Assembly: GCA_000708835.1 (NCBI GenBank)
Contig: DF236990.1
Coordinates: 62,001-126,000, forward strand
DNA: 64,000 bases
Source: Klebsormidium nitens
Lineage: Eukaryota > Plantae > Klebsormidiophyceae
Reading direction: 5' to 3'
Shown one piece after another: positions 10,450-23,500 of the stretch (position 1 is its first letter; the number at the start of each line of letters is the position of its first letter). A program made the position numbers and the translations under genes. The notes below the pieces were generated by a model, which was not told the DNA's origin, made no database searches, and saw only the letters and a program-made list of their open reading frames with translations.

Positions 10450-13400
10450 TACCATCTTCTCCTGCTGAGTGGCAGCTCGCTTTCTCGAGGCGTCAGCATG
10501 CACCGAAACAAGAGAACGCCCCACAGCGTCAAAGCTCCTTTCTGTGCTGTACATTTTCCCCTTCCCCGGCCTTGACGTAGAAACGCGCCTAAACCAAACC
10601 CCCACCCGCTGATATGGCGCCTCTTTCCTTCGTTAACCAACCCTGGCCCTTTGTAGCCTTCATGATTTTCTGCCTGGTTGCTTCCCTCCCCCATGCCACA
10701 ATCGGCCATGCCAAGACGTCTGCGGCGGGACAACCTGCTCCGGGGGGGAGTCGTGCTGCAACAACCAGTGCTGCCCTTTTACCCCCGGGACGGAGAATCT
10801 CCCGCGCAATTTCAATTGCTGTGGGGGGGTGTGCTGCCCCGAGAACGCCGCCCAAGGGTGCAGCGTCAGATATGCACCAGCAGCCCCTGGAGCTCCCTAC
10901 TTGGGGACCCAGATCTGTTGTTCCAAGTCACGGATGTTCAACGCTTTCTCTCTAGCGGGCGTTGAGTTCTGCTGCCCGCACGACCTGTGCATGGGCATGT
11001 ACTGCTGTACTCCAGGAGAAAGTGTCTGCACTTCGTTTGGGTGCGCACCACTCGGATGTAAGCCCCGCCCCGCCCCTCCTTAATCATTGTGCCTCTTCTG
11101 CGTCACTCCTCCTCCTTCTTGCAGCATTTCTCTCTTTCACTTCTCTCCTCTCTTTCTTTTATCCTTCAGCCCATGTACTAGTACAGCTCGTCAACTTGAA
11201 AAGATATATGCAGAGTTTCTCAATCTCACTGTAGTATTAGGGTTGTCTCTTTCCTTCCCGCTTTTCTGCTTTTAGATTTGCATGCTTTTCCATTTGCTTT
11301 TCAACATTCCAAGCTGTGCGGTACAAATTGCCATGCATTCAATTAGCGTGGCAGTGAGCCCCTCTCTTTGCGTCCAAGTCAACAGTCCTGCAAGCATTAC
11401 GCTACGGAAATTTTGCATCAGGTAGATTGGGCCAGCTTTCTTTAAGACAAGAGCCTTCACAGCTGGGTACTGTACAAGAGTTCTCTGCATTACAGCGCAA
11501 ACCCCAACTTTTGTGCAAGACTGTACCTCCTTTGGCTCCATGGACTCCAGGGATCGTCACCCCCGTGCCACCATCAGCATTTCCTAACACGGTTCCTAAC
11601 CCGGTTCTCAAAGCGAGTTGCGTGGCGGGGCTCGACCAGATTCGTCTTGAACTCTTTTCACGATATTGAAGAAAGTTCCTAGATTAAATCTTGATGAACC
11701 GCCAAACACGTACAGCAGAGACTTGATCTAAACGAACTCATGGTGACCGACAATAGTTCCTGCGAAAGAGGACAGTCTTAATCATCTTTCGTTCAGATGC
11801 CTTTGACCAGGTTTTCCAATATCAGCACCTGGCTAGAAAACCACCGAGGTTGTTGGATTGTTGAAGACCAGTTTCTCCCTCGCAATGCAATTGAAGTCCT
11901 TCAATTGCATCCCTCTGAACCAATTCTGATTGAGAACGAGGCCTCAAGTGCAGTCGTTATTGGCGACCCGCACATCAGCCTGCCGGGCCTGCTGCCGCCC
12001 AACCAGACTGACGTCACTGACTTCACATTCGACTTCCATGGATCAGCGGGCAACGCCTACTGCATGATAACCAATGCTGCAATTACGGTGAGCCAGACTT
12101 CAAATAATTATAGTAACTTATACAAAAGCCAGAGAGTTTAATTGCTTTTTCAAAAACTAGAGAGAGCTAGTTCCTCAGAAACCAGAGAGTTCAACTGAGG
12201 TTACAGAGATTCTGGCGAACTTATTGCGTGCCGGTTGAGTGACCATAGCCAATGCTGGGCTCCTCGCCCTTAAATTGATAAAAAGGCTTTGAGCTCTGGT
12301 TAAGCTCGACCAGCTGTTTGATACAGCAGAGCAAGAAATTCGGCATCAATCTGCCCTAACCACACACGCGCGCCTTTTCTTAACCAGGCAAATGCCTTCG
12401 CCGGACGTTAGAAAGGCACATGACGTGCGCCAATTCTAAACGCCATGACTCTCTGTGTGACTTTCCTCTCCCATGCACAGGACAGAAGATTCGCACTGCG
12501 CCCTTAACCAATCGTGGTTAAAGGCCATCGAATCAGACATGAACCACGCTGTGTCGGTAGAGGGGTACACTTGACCAACCACAAACCAAGCTTGGTTAGT
12601 GCTGGTTATCTCCTCCCATGCCAGGTGAACGCACACATGTTCAGCCTGGCTCCCACCGCTCTAGTTCCCGAGCACCGCTACCATGGCGGCCGGTGCTTCC
12701 AGTTCACCTGCATCGACGGAATCGGCTTCGTGTACCGAAATCGCCAGGGCCGCACGCAGCGCATCGCCGTCCGACTGGACCGCACGCTGACTGACGTCAG
12801 CGTCCACCCCTTCAACGTCACCTTTGAAGACGAACCGGTCAGGACGAGCGAAGACGTGAGTCTGTGATGTCAGCGGGGAAGGGTACATTTACATTAGTCA
12901 GATCTCTTACAAATTTACAGCAAGGGTAATCTTGGACGAGAAGTGTCGTTCCGCTCTGAGATACATGTCCGTCTCTGTCGATTTAGTCGGTCCCGTCAAT
13001 TCGTTCTCTCGTCTACACCACTTCCGCTTCTTTGTGCTTCTTTCCTACCCCACTTCTCACCCCTTCTTCCCGACCGTCGGTGCGAAAGGACTCCTGCCGC
13101 AGGTCTTTCAATTTCGTTTTCCGTTCTGCGCGTGCGGAAGAGCAGCTGCTTGCCAGCAGTGATGATAATTTCACAAGAGGTACTGTCCTATTTGGTTCCC
13201 GACCTCAAAATGAAAGCCGTCCCATCCAGCTGAAGATTCGAATTCGCTTTTTGGTTGATGGCGGGGAAGTGCGCTGCTTTCTTCTTTGTCATTGCCCAAC
13301 ACAAAAACCAATCACACAGCTTTTGAGGCTCCATCCTCATTGGTGTCACAAACCCACGAACCAGAAATCTGGAATTCCGTCCCTTTTCCGCCAGGCCGCT

Positions 13401-15820
13401 TGGACAAGCCCGGACGGAATCGCCAAAGTCGGACGTACGGCCGTTCCGGACCAGTTGGTGGTGTCTTTGGACGGCCTCCTCGAAGTGGAGGTCAGCCGCG
13501 CCGAGGACGCGGAGCTCCGGGACCAACCGGAAGGTCCCCCCGTGCGCTACATCAACCTGGCAGTCAAGGGACTGCCGGTCGGCCCGGGGGTGCACGGGGT
13601 GAGTTCCCGGGGGAAATGAATGGACACTGTCAACTCGATTCCATGTCGCTTTCCTTTATTCCTGAGAATCGACACAACCAAATCATTGCTGAGTATATCG
13701 CCCTTAAGCAGGACTTCGCAAGGTGCCGGGAGCTGTTCAGAGCACCGGTGTTTGTGACGGACTCGGATAAAAGTCAGGGGCGACTTGGAATGTTTTAGAC
13801 CAGCTTGATTTGTCGAAACCAATTAAGTTGGGCCCAGAGGTGCACGGGGTGAGTCCTCCGGGGAGAGTAATTTGTCACTGTCATGACAACCCGTTTCGTT
13901 ATTCCAGAGTAGTCGATCTCCTTTTCTCATCGGATCCTTAGGCCGACCCTTTACGTTGCCTTTTAATCAGTGCCGAGCAACGCCCTAGGTAGAAGGCTGC
14001 AAGGCGAGGTGTCGAGAGCCCAATTCGGCTGGAAATGATCACGGGAGACTACTTGTTCCAGACCTTGCGTTTTCCGCAGACACAGTGTGCACTCGTGGGC
14101 TGTATTCTATTGTAGGCGCCAGCAAACTTTCGCCACGTCTAAAAGGAAAGCATAGTACACTTCGTTCGCTGTTTGTTCCGCTCTGAAGTTATACTGATGA
14201 AAAGATCCCCCCTTGGCAATTTAGCCGGCCTTATTATGCCCAATTCCGTAATTGCCTAGAAAATATGGGGCTTTGATCGGCCCTTGAGCTTGAATGATTC
14301 TGGCTAAATTGGAAATGGCACATGTCCAGTGACCAGACTTGGGCGTTAAGCAGCCTTGGAACAAGCGTTGAGCCCAGTTATCTGCCCAGCAACCTGACTC
14401 GCAATCAGCCTATTTAGCAGCCATACCTTCCTGTAATATCTCGAAGCAGTTTCAAACTCGTTTTCCCCCCCCATAGTTCATGGGCCAGATGTACGCCCCC
14501 GGCGCAGTGGAAGCGCGGCTGAAGATGGCCACGCAAGCGTAGTTGAACCACCGCGAGTACGTGGAAGGTGCGGACGAGGACTACCAGACGTCCGACCTCA
14601 CGTCCGCAGACTGCAGCTACGACCGCTTCTCCACGGTGAGCTCGCCAGCGGATAATGATCACTCTCTAAGTGACGCTCACGTTCAGGCATCAAGCTCATT
14701 TCGAGCGGAACGAACTCTCAATGGGAGAATGTGGGGGCCTTTGATTGCGGCAGCCCTCGTTTCTGGTTGTCGCCCAATGGGAGGAAGTGGAGATGATGCC
14801 AGCTTTATTACGAGCCCGTTCGCAAACTTCACAGAGGTTTTCAAAACATAATGTTTTCCCTCTGCAAACTTTCGTCGATCCCAGTCTGCTTCCGTATCGA
14901 GACTTGCTTCTTGCTTGTTTGGTTATCTCCGGTTTTGTAACGTCGATCAAAGCCCGTTTGAACTGGATTCGTGCTCCGCCACGTCACACCTGATTGAGGC
15001 CAGATAGAGTCAGTCAGAATTCAGTCAATAGGAATAGGAAACCCAGTGAACGGTACTTGAGGCGGGTGGGGTTACTTAGGGGGTTAGGGTGGGGTGCGGA
15101 TCGGGTACATTGTTGCGTCAGGGTTTTGGTAACCTCCAAGTGAATCTTAATTACTGCTCGCTAGGTTTCTAGATTGAGAGCTACGTCAGTTAGGGTGTCC
15201 GGCCGAAGATGCACCCCCTTTGAAGGTTGGCGGCTTGAACAGCTTTCCTCCTTCATGTCTCTCCATCAGGCGGCTCGGTCCAAAGCCCCCGGCTTGATCG
15301 GTGCGTCGCGCAAACTGCGGTCAAGCGCGTCACAGAAGAAGGAGTCCCTGGCGTGCTCGTACTCGGGTACGAGCTTTGTTTGCAAGTAGATGACCGGTGG
15401 TTTAGTATTCTTGTTTGTGAAACGGGCTCTTCGACGGGCGCGATGTACCAAGACGAGGACGTGCAGAAAGTTGCTAGCTTGCTGATATGGATAAGGCTTG
15501 ATTGTGGTTGAGGTTTGTACACAAGAGCTTCAAATTACGTGCAAAAGCTTGGCCTCTGACTTGTGGAACTTTGTGTAAACATAAGATGTGGGTACGTACA
15601 TAGCGAATAGGATTTTGAAGTGCCTGAGTCGTCAAAGTGGGATTTTTCAGTAAGGACAAGCTGAACCGAAGTTGCAGTAGACTGGATTAAAGCAATCAGT
15701 AAGACTTTGAAGCGCCCATTGTCAAAACGAGACTTTGAGAAGCAACTTTTGTTCAAAATAATAGCGGCTGCAGCCTGTTCGAAGGATCCGCACGGATGGA
15801 GTGACCCTCTAAGGTCCTGC
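10450..15820 (+). repeat. Right arm of the large inverted duplication (partner 3937-9095)
   Basis: Collinear reverse-complement homology with 3937-9095 throughout; ends in ggagtgaccctctaaggtcctgc (15798-15820). Confidence 0.9.
10614..15389 (+). pseudogene. Copy B: paralogue of the secreted Cys-rich + root-cap/VWD-like protein; frameshift and premature stop
   Basis: ATG 10614 and signal peptide MAPLSFVNQPWPFVAFMIFCLVASLPHATIG. The Cys domain (CQDVCGGTTCSGGESCCNNQCC...) is out of frame: 14 nt at 10707-10720 versus 9 nt in A. GDPHISLPG at 11962, VNAHMF exon from 12624, TSPDG exon to 13598, FMGQMY exon with TAG at 14540-14542 where A has GGG, last exon 15270-15389 ...LACSYSGTSFVCK*. Confidence 0.75.
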
Positions 15821-16189
15821 ATGCTACAGTTTTAACGTTCCTCTTCGCCCAAATTATATCTGTCGACCTTGGATGTCACTCCAGTTAGGATCGAGTGTGC
15901 TTTGAGAGAACTGGTACAAGGCGTTAATTGATACTACGTTGCATAGCGGTACGGTATGATAAGAGATGTATTAAGAGCAGGGCTGTGTCGCAGATTGGGA
16001 GGGCCTTATAACTTCCAAAAAACAGCTGGATAGTTGACTCTCACAAAACTCAGCTTGTGCTAAGGTTTCAGGGCGACTGCAAACGGCCAGTGACTTCGAT
16101 GTTCGAATAGGGTCCTTATGCCGTGCATAGCTTATCCACATTTTGGTCAAGCATTCATGTATCGAAATTGTTTCATGCATCGTCCTTCA

Positions 16190-16480
16190 TGCGCCATAAC
16201 TGCTTGCAAGCAGGGGGGAAGGTACTGCCGACAACCGCGAAGTTCCTCACCTTATCGGGGTGTGGCTGGTTAGAAGTAAGCCCCACTTCGCCCCTAATCA
16301 TGCTTTTCTTGATTTGTGCTTTTCTCCTGATGCTTTCTACAGCGTTTCTTTCTCTCGTAGTGTGTTTCTTCCTTCCTTCGTTCTCTCTTTGTTCCCTCCT
16401 AACCATACACTGCAACCAATGCAGCGGTGGCTTGCCAAGTTTTTTGGTGCACTGGAGTCTCAGTCTGAAAACTTTCCTCG
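16190..16480 (+). pseudogene. Third, truncated relic of the same Cys-rich gene (end of exon 1 plus start of intron 1)
   Basis: ggggtgtggctggttagaagtaagccccacttcgcccct (about 16256-16294) aligns with copy A gggtgtggaccaatcggaagtaagccccgcctggcccct and copy B ggatgtaagccccgccccgcccctccttaatcat. It is followed by the same CT-rich intron start. Confidence 0.6.
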
Positions 16481-16619
16481 TGGTTCGTTGATCGTTTCTT
16501 TCACGGTCACTTTTTGTTGATGAAAGAATGCTTCCATGGAACAGCTCTACGGTTCCAGCTATGCCCAATTAATATTCATCAAGCGGCAACCGCAGACCTG
16601 CCAAGTTGCACTTTCTCTT

Positions 16620-16900
16620 GCAAGCTGCGTATGTTCTCGATATCGATTTGCACAGCTATAATCTATGAACAACTTCGAAGGGGCCGCGCGCCTGTCATCC
16701 GAGTACGTCTAGATAGCTGAATTCAATGGTCACTAGGGTAGTACGTGTAGCGCGGGAGTGAGCGGAGCCCATCTGTCTGCCGCGCGATATAATACTTTCC
16801 CAAGGTCAAGTGCTTCGTAATCTTACTTAAGATTGTATGCGATCAAAAGATGATGCACGACAGCTCATGCAATGCCGCGGCCCCGCAGGCACGCGAGTGA
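16620..16900. other. ApT/TpA-rich palindrome-dense island between convergent genes (copy B / ABCA)
   Basis: tcgatatcga, gtac, ctag, gatc, catg and cgcg words clustered; visibly different from flanking intron-like sequence. Confidence 0.55.
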
Positions 16901-17543
16901 CGTAAATACCAATCAACTTAAGTCAAGAATGATTGCATGAACTTGGATCATGGAGCTCATGCCAGTGACTCACGGCGCGTCTTTTGCTTTTGCCAACGTG
17001 ATTGCTCAAGTGCATGCCACAGGCCGCGGCGGCTGTTGCAGTGATGCGCCGCGCGTGTGCCAAACAGGCCGCGCATGATTGATAGCTTAAATTAGACGGC
17101 CGCGATCGAAACTTTCCACTCAACCAATCACGCCTGTTTTCAAACATGCATGGATGTTCGACTCAGTTCCGCGTTAGTACGTGGCCGCGATGTGTGACGG
17201 CAAACACCGCGTCATATGCGGCGGCCGCGCCAAAGAATGTCAATAACGGGCCATGGTGACCGGGAAGATTCTCAGTAAGAACTACTGCCGAGCTGAGAAG
17301 TAAAGTTAAAAAGTGCGTGATAGCTAAGTATCGTATGTTCCTGTTCCGTTCCCGGCGGCCAATTGGCCCATTCACAACCCCTATAGACCACCTGTGATCC
17401 CTCTTCCAAACGAACCGTGCTTTTCCTCCCAGTACTCTACATTTCCTTCCAGATTGCGGGAACTTATTATCGACGACCTGGACTCAGCGAACAATCCCAG
17501 AATCTTTTACCTTGAGTTGCTTTCAGAAAGTTATGTAACCAAT

Positions 17544-20500
17544 TTACACAATCGGCTCGGCGTCTCGACTCTTGGCAAAAGAAAGAAAGACCTGCTCTAG
17601 CGTGCTCTGACTGACACTGTAATCGTCTATCGCCAGCGCGCCCTTTCCGCCCTCGATAGCTCCGAAGACGCGGGACAGCGACAAACCCTCCATCGGGAGA
17701 CGGTATTTTAGGCGACCACCGTGCTCCTCTTCGAGTAGAGCCCCCAGGAAGGTGGTCGCCACGAATTGCTTGACGGCGGGCACCCCGCCCGGCGTCCTGA
17801 GCCCCGCCTGGATCTCAAGGTGGTACCTGCGTGGCCACGTCAGCGACACGTCAGCAAGGCTCCGGAAATCGGATATGCGGTTGCAAGTTCGTACTGAGCA
17901 CCAAAAGCGCGGCCTAATATATATTCGTCCCGCAGTCTTTGCCAAAGGACACCAACGCACGTCAAGCGGGCTACAAGTTGTCAACCTGCCTCAGCCAAAT
18001 TGTTGTTGAGACTTCCGGCCGTTTACTTCTGACCTCCAACATGTCTTGCAACTAACACTGTGGTAGCGTAGACTTTCGCAGAACCCGCACCGCAATGAGT
18101 TCCTCAAATCATCTCTCCAAGAGTAGGTAGACTGCTTTCCCAGGATCCTGGAACGTACTTTCAAGGCGAGATAAAGGCCCCGAGCGGGGCCCTTGAAAGT
18201 AAGTGCGAACTGGAGCAAACCCGGGTTAGGCGACTCACCCGTCCCCAAACCGGCTCTTGAGGTGCTGCACGCTCCCCAGGCAGACGAGCCGCCCAGCGAC
18301 CATAACCCCGACCCGGCCGCATAGCGCCTCACACTCCTCCATAGAGTGCGTGGTTAGGATAACCGCAGCGCCGGTGATCACTGTGCAGCGGGAGATGATG
18401 TCCCACATGGCGCGGCGCGCGACTGGGTCCATACCGCTGCTGGGCTCGTCTGCAGGGAAACAGGGACTGGTTGGAAAGAAACTTTTGACGGTTAGGGAGA
18501 GGAGCGGGACTGGAGAAGGAGCTTGACGATGTCCATACCGCTGCTGAGCGCGTTTGCAGAAAACAGGGACCGGTTGGAAAGGTACCTCGGACCAGTAAAA
18601 CAAAAGGACAGATCGGAACAAGATGTTGGAAGAAAAGACGGGTTGTGGTAGAGAACGAGATGTAACCTGCGGACCGCCATCCTTCCTCATGCATGCTCTT
18701 CTGCTTAAATGTCCGCCCATCATCTAATGAACAACGGACCCTGCTAAAACCGCCCCGAAAGGACCATAGTAACGGCGACCAACTCACCCAAGAAGACGGC
18801 CCGAGGGTCGCCCACCAGCGCGATCGCGAGCGACAGCTTCCGCTTGTTTCCCCCGCTGTACGAACCCGACACCTTGTCCGCGTATTTGGACAGCCCAACG
18901 GCGTCCAAAAGTTTTTCCACCGACCGCTCGAGCCCCTCTTCCCGGGCACCTTTTAGCCGGGCGTACATCCTCAGGTGTTCCCTACCGGTCATGAGGTCCA
19001 AAAGCGGGTCGAACTGCGGACAGTACCCGATCTGCCGCTGGACGTCCGGAAGCTGGTTAAGGACGCTGAACCCGGTTATGAACGCGGTTCCGGAGGTGGG
19101 TTTCAGGTCCCCGGTTAGGACCGACAGGGTGGTCGTTTTGCCTGCGCCGTTCACTCCGAGGAAACCGAAGCACTGCCCCGGGGGGATCCCCAGGCACAGA
19201 TCCGCGACCGCGATCTTCGGCAGCTGTCCCGAGACGGTGTAAACTTTCCGGAGGTTCTTAACCAGAACGATGTCGTCATCCGCCGCGCCGCTCTCGATCC
19301 TGCTCCGCTCGGCCGCCACGTCAGCATCCTCGGCCGCCACGTCAGCGCGCTTGGCGGCCTCCTCGAACGCCAGGGGCGCGATCTGGGACGCCAGGTGGCG
19401 GTACTGCGCGGAGACACGTGGCGCCACGTGGCGCTTCCAGATGCGCGTGAGCGCGGCGCCCACGAGCTGCGCGACGTCGCGCTCGATCGCGACCGTTACC
19501 GCGAGGAAAAGCGCCGCCTCTAGTAAGAGCAGCGTGAGCGGCCGGCCGAGGACTTGCCACTCGAAGGGGTTTGGGGTTTTGCCCCGGAAATCGGCTTCAA
19601 AGTCGAGCTTGGAGAGGTTGATGAGACCCTCGCCGAAGTTGAACGGCGGGAACCAACGGTAGAAGTGGATGAGCACGCGGTTGAGGTCCTTGGTGCGCTC
19701 GATGGCTGCCATGACGAAGGACGCGCAAACGAAGGCGAAGCCGGTGAGGAAGTGGATCCCGGCAATGGCCACCTGTAAGAAGTTGAGGAGGAGAGGGTTG
19801 AGTTGTATGCTTTCAACTTGCGTCGCTGAAAACAATAAACCGACAATACTTTTCAATCTACCAGCAACGTATGGAAATTGCTGGGTGTTTCTCATTTTCA
19901 AAGCATAAGAAGGCAAAGCAGAAAATGAATGGATCCCGCATGGGCACCTGAGGGAGCAAAGAGGGGAAGTTTCACTTGAATAGGCTAAACTTGCGTCTTT
20001 TGCCGAATTCAGATTGATCTATCAGCACCAAAACACGACCGCAAGTGGATGGTCGTCGACTCAGAAGCACACGGAGGCGAAGAGGGTGATGGGAACGTAA
20101 ACGATACCCCGTGCTTGTTGTCAGGGCAGGGACATTTAACAAGACTCCGACCAGCTGCAAAACTACATACGCAGTGCTAGCGATATGAAATATAGAAAGG
20201 GTGAGACCAGCCACTGATCGTGAGCGCGTCACGGGAAAAGCCAGACATAGGGAGAGCGGAAGTACTGCCGGAATTCAAAAAATGCATAAGCACAAACCGG
20301 AACGCTTACGAAGCTCAGAAATCGCAAAAAAGTTCCACCTGGGTGGCCCCTTAGCTTGAGACGCTCAACGCGTAAACAAAAGCAGAACGAAGGAAAGGTA
20401 TGATTGTCCCAATGAGCAACCTTAGTTCAAAGTCCAGATTGAACCCATTGATTCAAAAGCTCTGTTACCAAAAACGTAGGACCTCTCACCTGCGCTGAAG

Positions 20501-23500
20501 CGTGGCTCGTGAAGAAGAAGGCGTAGCAGTACGAGAGCGGGATGACCGCCGCGCCGAAGAGGACGAGGAGCAGCCACAGACCGAGAGCCTTAGGAATGCT
20601 GCCAACCATCGCAGTGTCTTGGTAGAGCGCGAAGACGAGCATGGTAATGGCGGCGATAACGGTGTATACGAGCAGGTCCCAGGTATAGGTGGACAGCCAG
20701 TATGCGTACACGCTGGCGCCGCTGACGAGCTGCGGGGGGCAAAGCGGAGGGAAATAACGTCAGGGAGTACGCAATACCAGCAGATTGCTGAAATATCCGC
20801 AATCAAAACAAAACTTACCCCGGGTATCTGGTGGCACATCTGGTAGCACATCTTCAACTTCGAACTTGCACACACGAGAAAGGAAAATCACGATGCAAGA
20901 CCCCTAGCGGGATCGAACCCTCAACCTCAACGTTACAGCATTACAAACTCAACGGGATTTTCCTCAACCAGGACCCTTAACCTTGACCGTGAAGAAGGAA
21001 AACGGCAGACTAAAAGTGATGCCCCCGGCAATTTACCTGGAGGTGTTTGGCCTTAACCCGGTCTCCCTATCCACAAATACTTGAAAGGTGGCAGCCCGAT
21101 ACCTAAAAACCCTGCAGGTCCTTCGCTTTACCTTGAATTCAAGCTGGACCCAAACCGGCAGCTTACTTGCAGATGTTTGGCCTTGACCGCGGTCTCCCTA
21201 ACCACGAAAACGGCAAACGTAGCGGCCAGGTAGCAGAAGGGAATGAGCACGAAGAGCGCCGAGAGAACCGTGAGGAACGTCTGGATCGTCTCCGCTTCGT
21301 TCTTGGTCAGCGGCAACGGGTGACTGCTGACGCTGAGGGTGGCGTCAGCACGATCTAAGCGCGCTGCAAGAGAGGGAAGGATGTGTTAAGGCAACATCTT
21401 GGAATACGCAGAACATGTTTAGAAGTTGTGATTAATGGAGAGTAGGTTGTCGATTTTTGGTGGAACCTGTGGAACATGGTTGAGGAAGTGATCAGCTGCT
21501 GGACTGAGAAACGCGACCGAGGCCTTCAGGCGCGCTGCAAGTAAACGGAGGCGTTTAAGAGGGAACCAAGGGACCGTCAACTCAAAGATGGTCGAAAGAT
21601 GGCTCAAAGATTCGACAGAAACGCGGCACATCATGTGTCGCCAATCACCGAACCAAATCTCGACCGTCCTCAAGGAAGCCTTAGGAAGAAAGCAAACCAG
21701 CTGCTGATCGACAAAACATGAAAGAGGAGAGAGTGTACTGACAAAAGCAAAGGAAAAGCTCCCCATTGACTTCCTTACCCCTTAGCCTCGCTTGGGCGAG
21801 CTCCGCAATGAGCGCCGGAAGTGCATGGTCGCTCGAGGTGTTGTGCATTATCGTGAGCGGGACCCGGAAACCCATTCCGCGGCTCTCGCTAGCCCTCAGC
21901 CGTTCGATTGCTTCGACGACTGCGGCCTTATCCACACTCTGGGGGTTGTTCGCGCTGGTTTTCGTTCCGTTGAGGTACTGAACGACTTCCGGCGGAATGG
22001 GCGTTCCGTTGATGCTAAAGTTGGCCGGAATGGAGGTTCCGTTCAGCAGCTGGGCTAAATCCGCCAGCGAGATGGAGGTTCCGTTCAGGAGTTGGGCTAG
22101 ATCCGGAGGGAGAGAGGTCGGAACCGGAATGGCCTCCGGAAGAACGGACTCTAGCTCGACACCATATGCGTCCGCAATCGCCGAAAAGTTGTAGGCTTGG
22201 AGAACGGTGTCGTTGAATACGAGTGCCCCTGCAAATGACCAGTAGAGGATGTTCACAAAAACGCGATTCCGACACCTCGAGTAGCATATTCGAGATCAGC
22301 AATGACCTATTGAACCTACAGCGGGGATTGGTGTAGAAAACGAAGAGCATCTGAAGTCTTTACCGTGCAACTGCGACGGTCTGCACTTCAAACTAGTTAC
22401 TCGATGAGTGTTCAGCGTTTAGCGTGCTTCAACATGAGCCTACAAAAACTCTTTACAACCGGACAAGATGCGGATAGTTCCAACAATCTACCACGAGACA
22501 ACACGCATATTGGCGCACACAACGGAAGCAAGTCATCATAGGCCGACGCAGAATTGGCCGTAAGCGATCCCTATTTTCTCACCGTATCGTGGTTCTGGAT
22601 AACTGTCCATCGTCTGCAGCAATTCCCTGCTCAACTGTATGCTGTCTCGTATTCCCCGGTCATCCTGTAGCTCCAGGTATGGCCCCCCGACGTCGATCAA
22701 AGTCGCGGGATCGGCGCCCGTGACCGGAATGGACGTCTGCTTTTCGCCGTGCTTGATCAGAGTGGAGTACATGTTGAAGTCCAGCTTCATGGAAGGGCCC
22801 TGGAAAGACAAAGCAGCGTAAGTTGCCTTACACGTCTGATCAACGAGAAATGGGCTGTCATTGCGAAGAAGGGCTTGCCGAAGAACGAGACTTCAAGAGA
22901 CGCATGTTACAAACAAAAGTTCCGTCACTTCAACACCTAAGACGCGCAGTAATATAATGAATAAAAAGCAAGACTGCAAAGTGTGGGATTTACAATCACC
23001 CATGACATTGACCTCTAAACAGCACTTCCCAGAGCTCCAGCCACTAGCAGACCTGCAATCAGGACCAAAGTTTGCTCCCCGAAGCGTTCCTCATGAATTC
23101 CGACCTTACCCATTCTCACTGATAAATCTCGTCAAACCAGTCCTCAACGATAATGCGCATTTTCTTCAATGAGGGTCTTTGGAAAGCACCCACGAATAAA
23201 AGAGTTTTGAATGTCTAACAAACTTACGGCGGGGTCGATGTTGAGCTTGAGAATGAGCAGCACGAAAGCAATCACCACCACGGGCAGCAGGATCGAGTTC
23301 GCCATCCCCTTCAGATCCCGCCGTGCAATGATCGCCCGCTTCCGAAACAGCTCCTTGAACGCACGCCCGAAGCTGCGCTCCTCGGACCGTCCGGAACCGC
23401 TCTCATCTAACGGTCCAGACGCGCTCTCCTTCTCGCCGTGCTCCAGGTCACCAGCCGCATCCCGACCGTTCGCATCTCGGCCTTTCGTCACCCGACCGCT

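Noticed and set aside
20895-20950. tRNA/SINE-like B-box (ggttcgatccc on the minus strand) in an ABCA intron
   Set aside because: The T-stem does not pair, and there is no convincing A-box, acceptor stem or anticodon arm; at most a degenerate relic.
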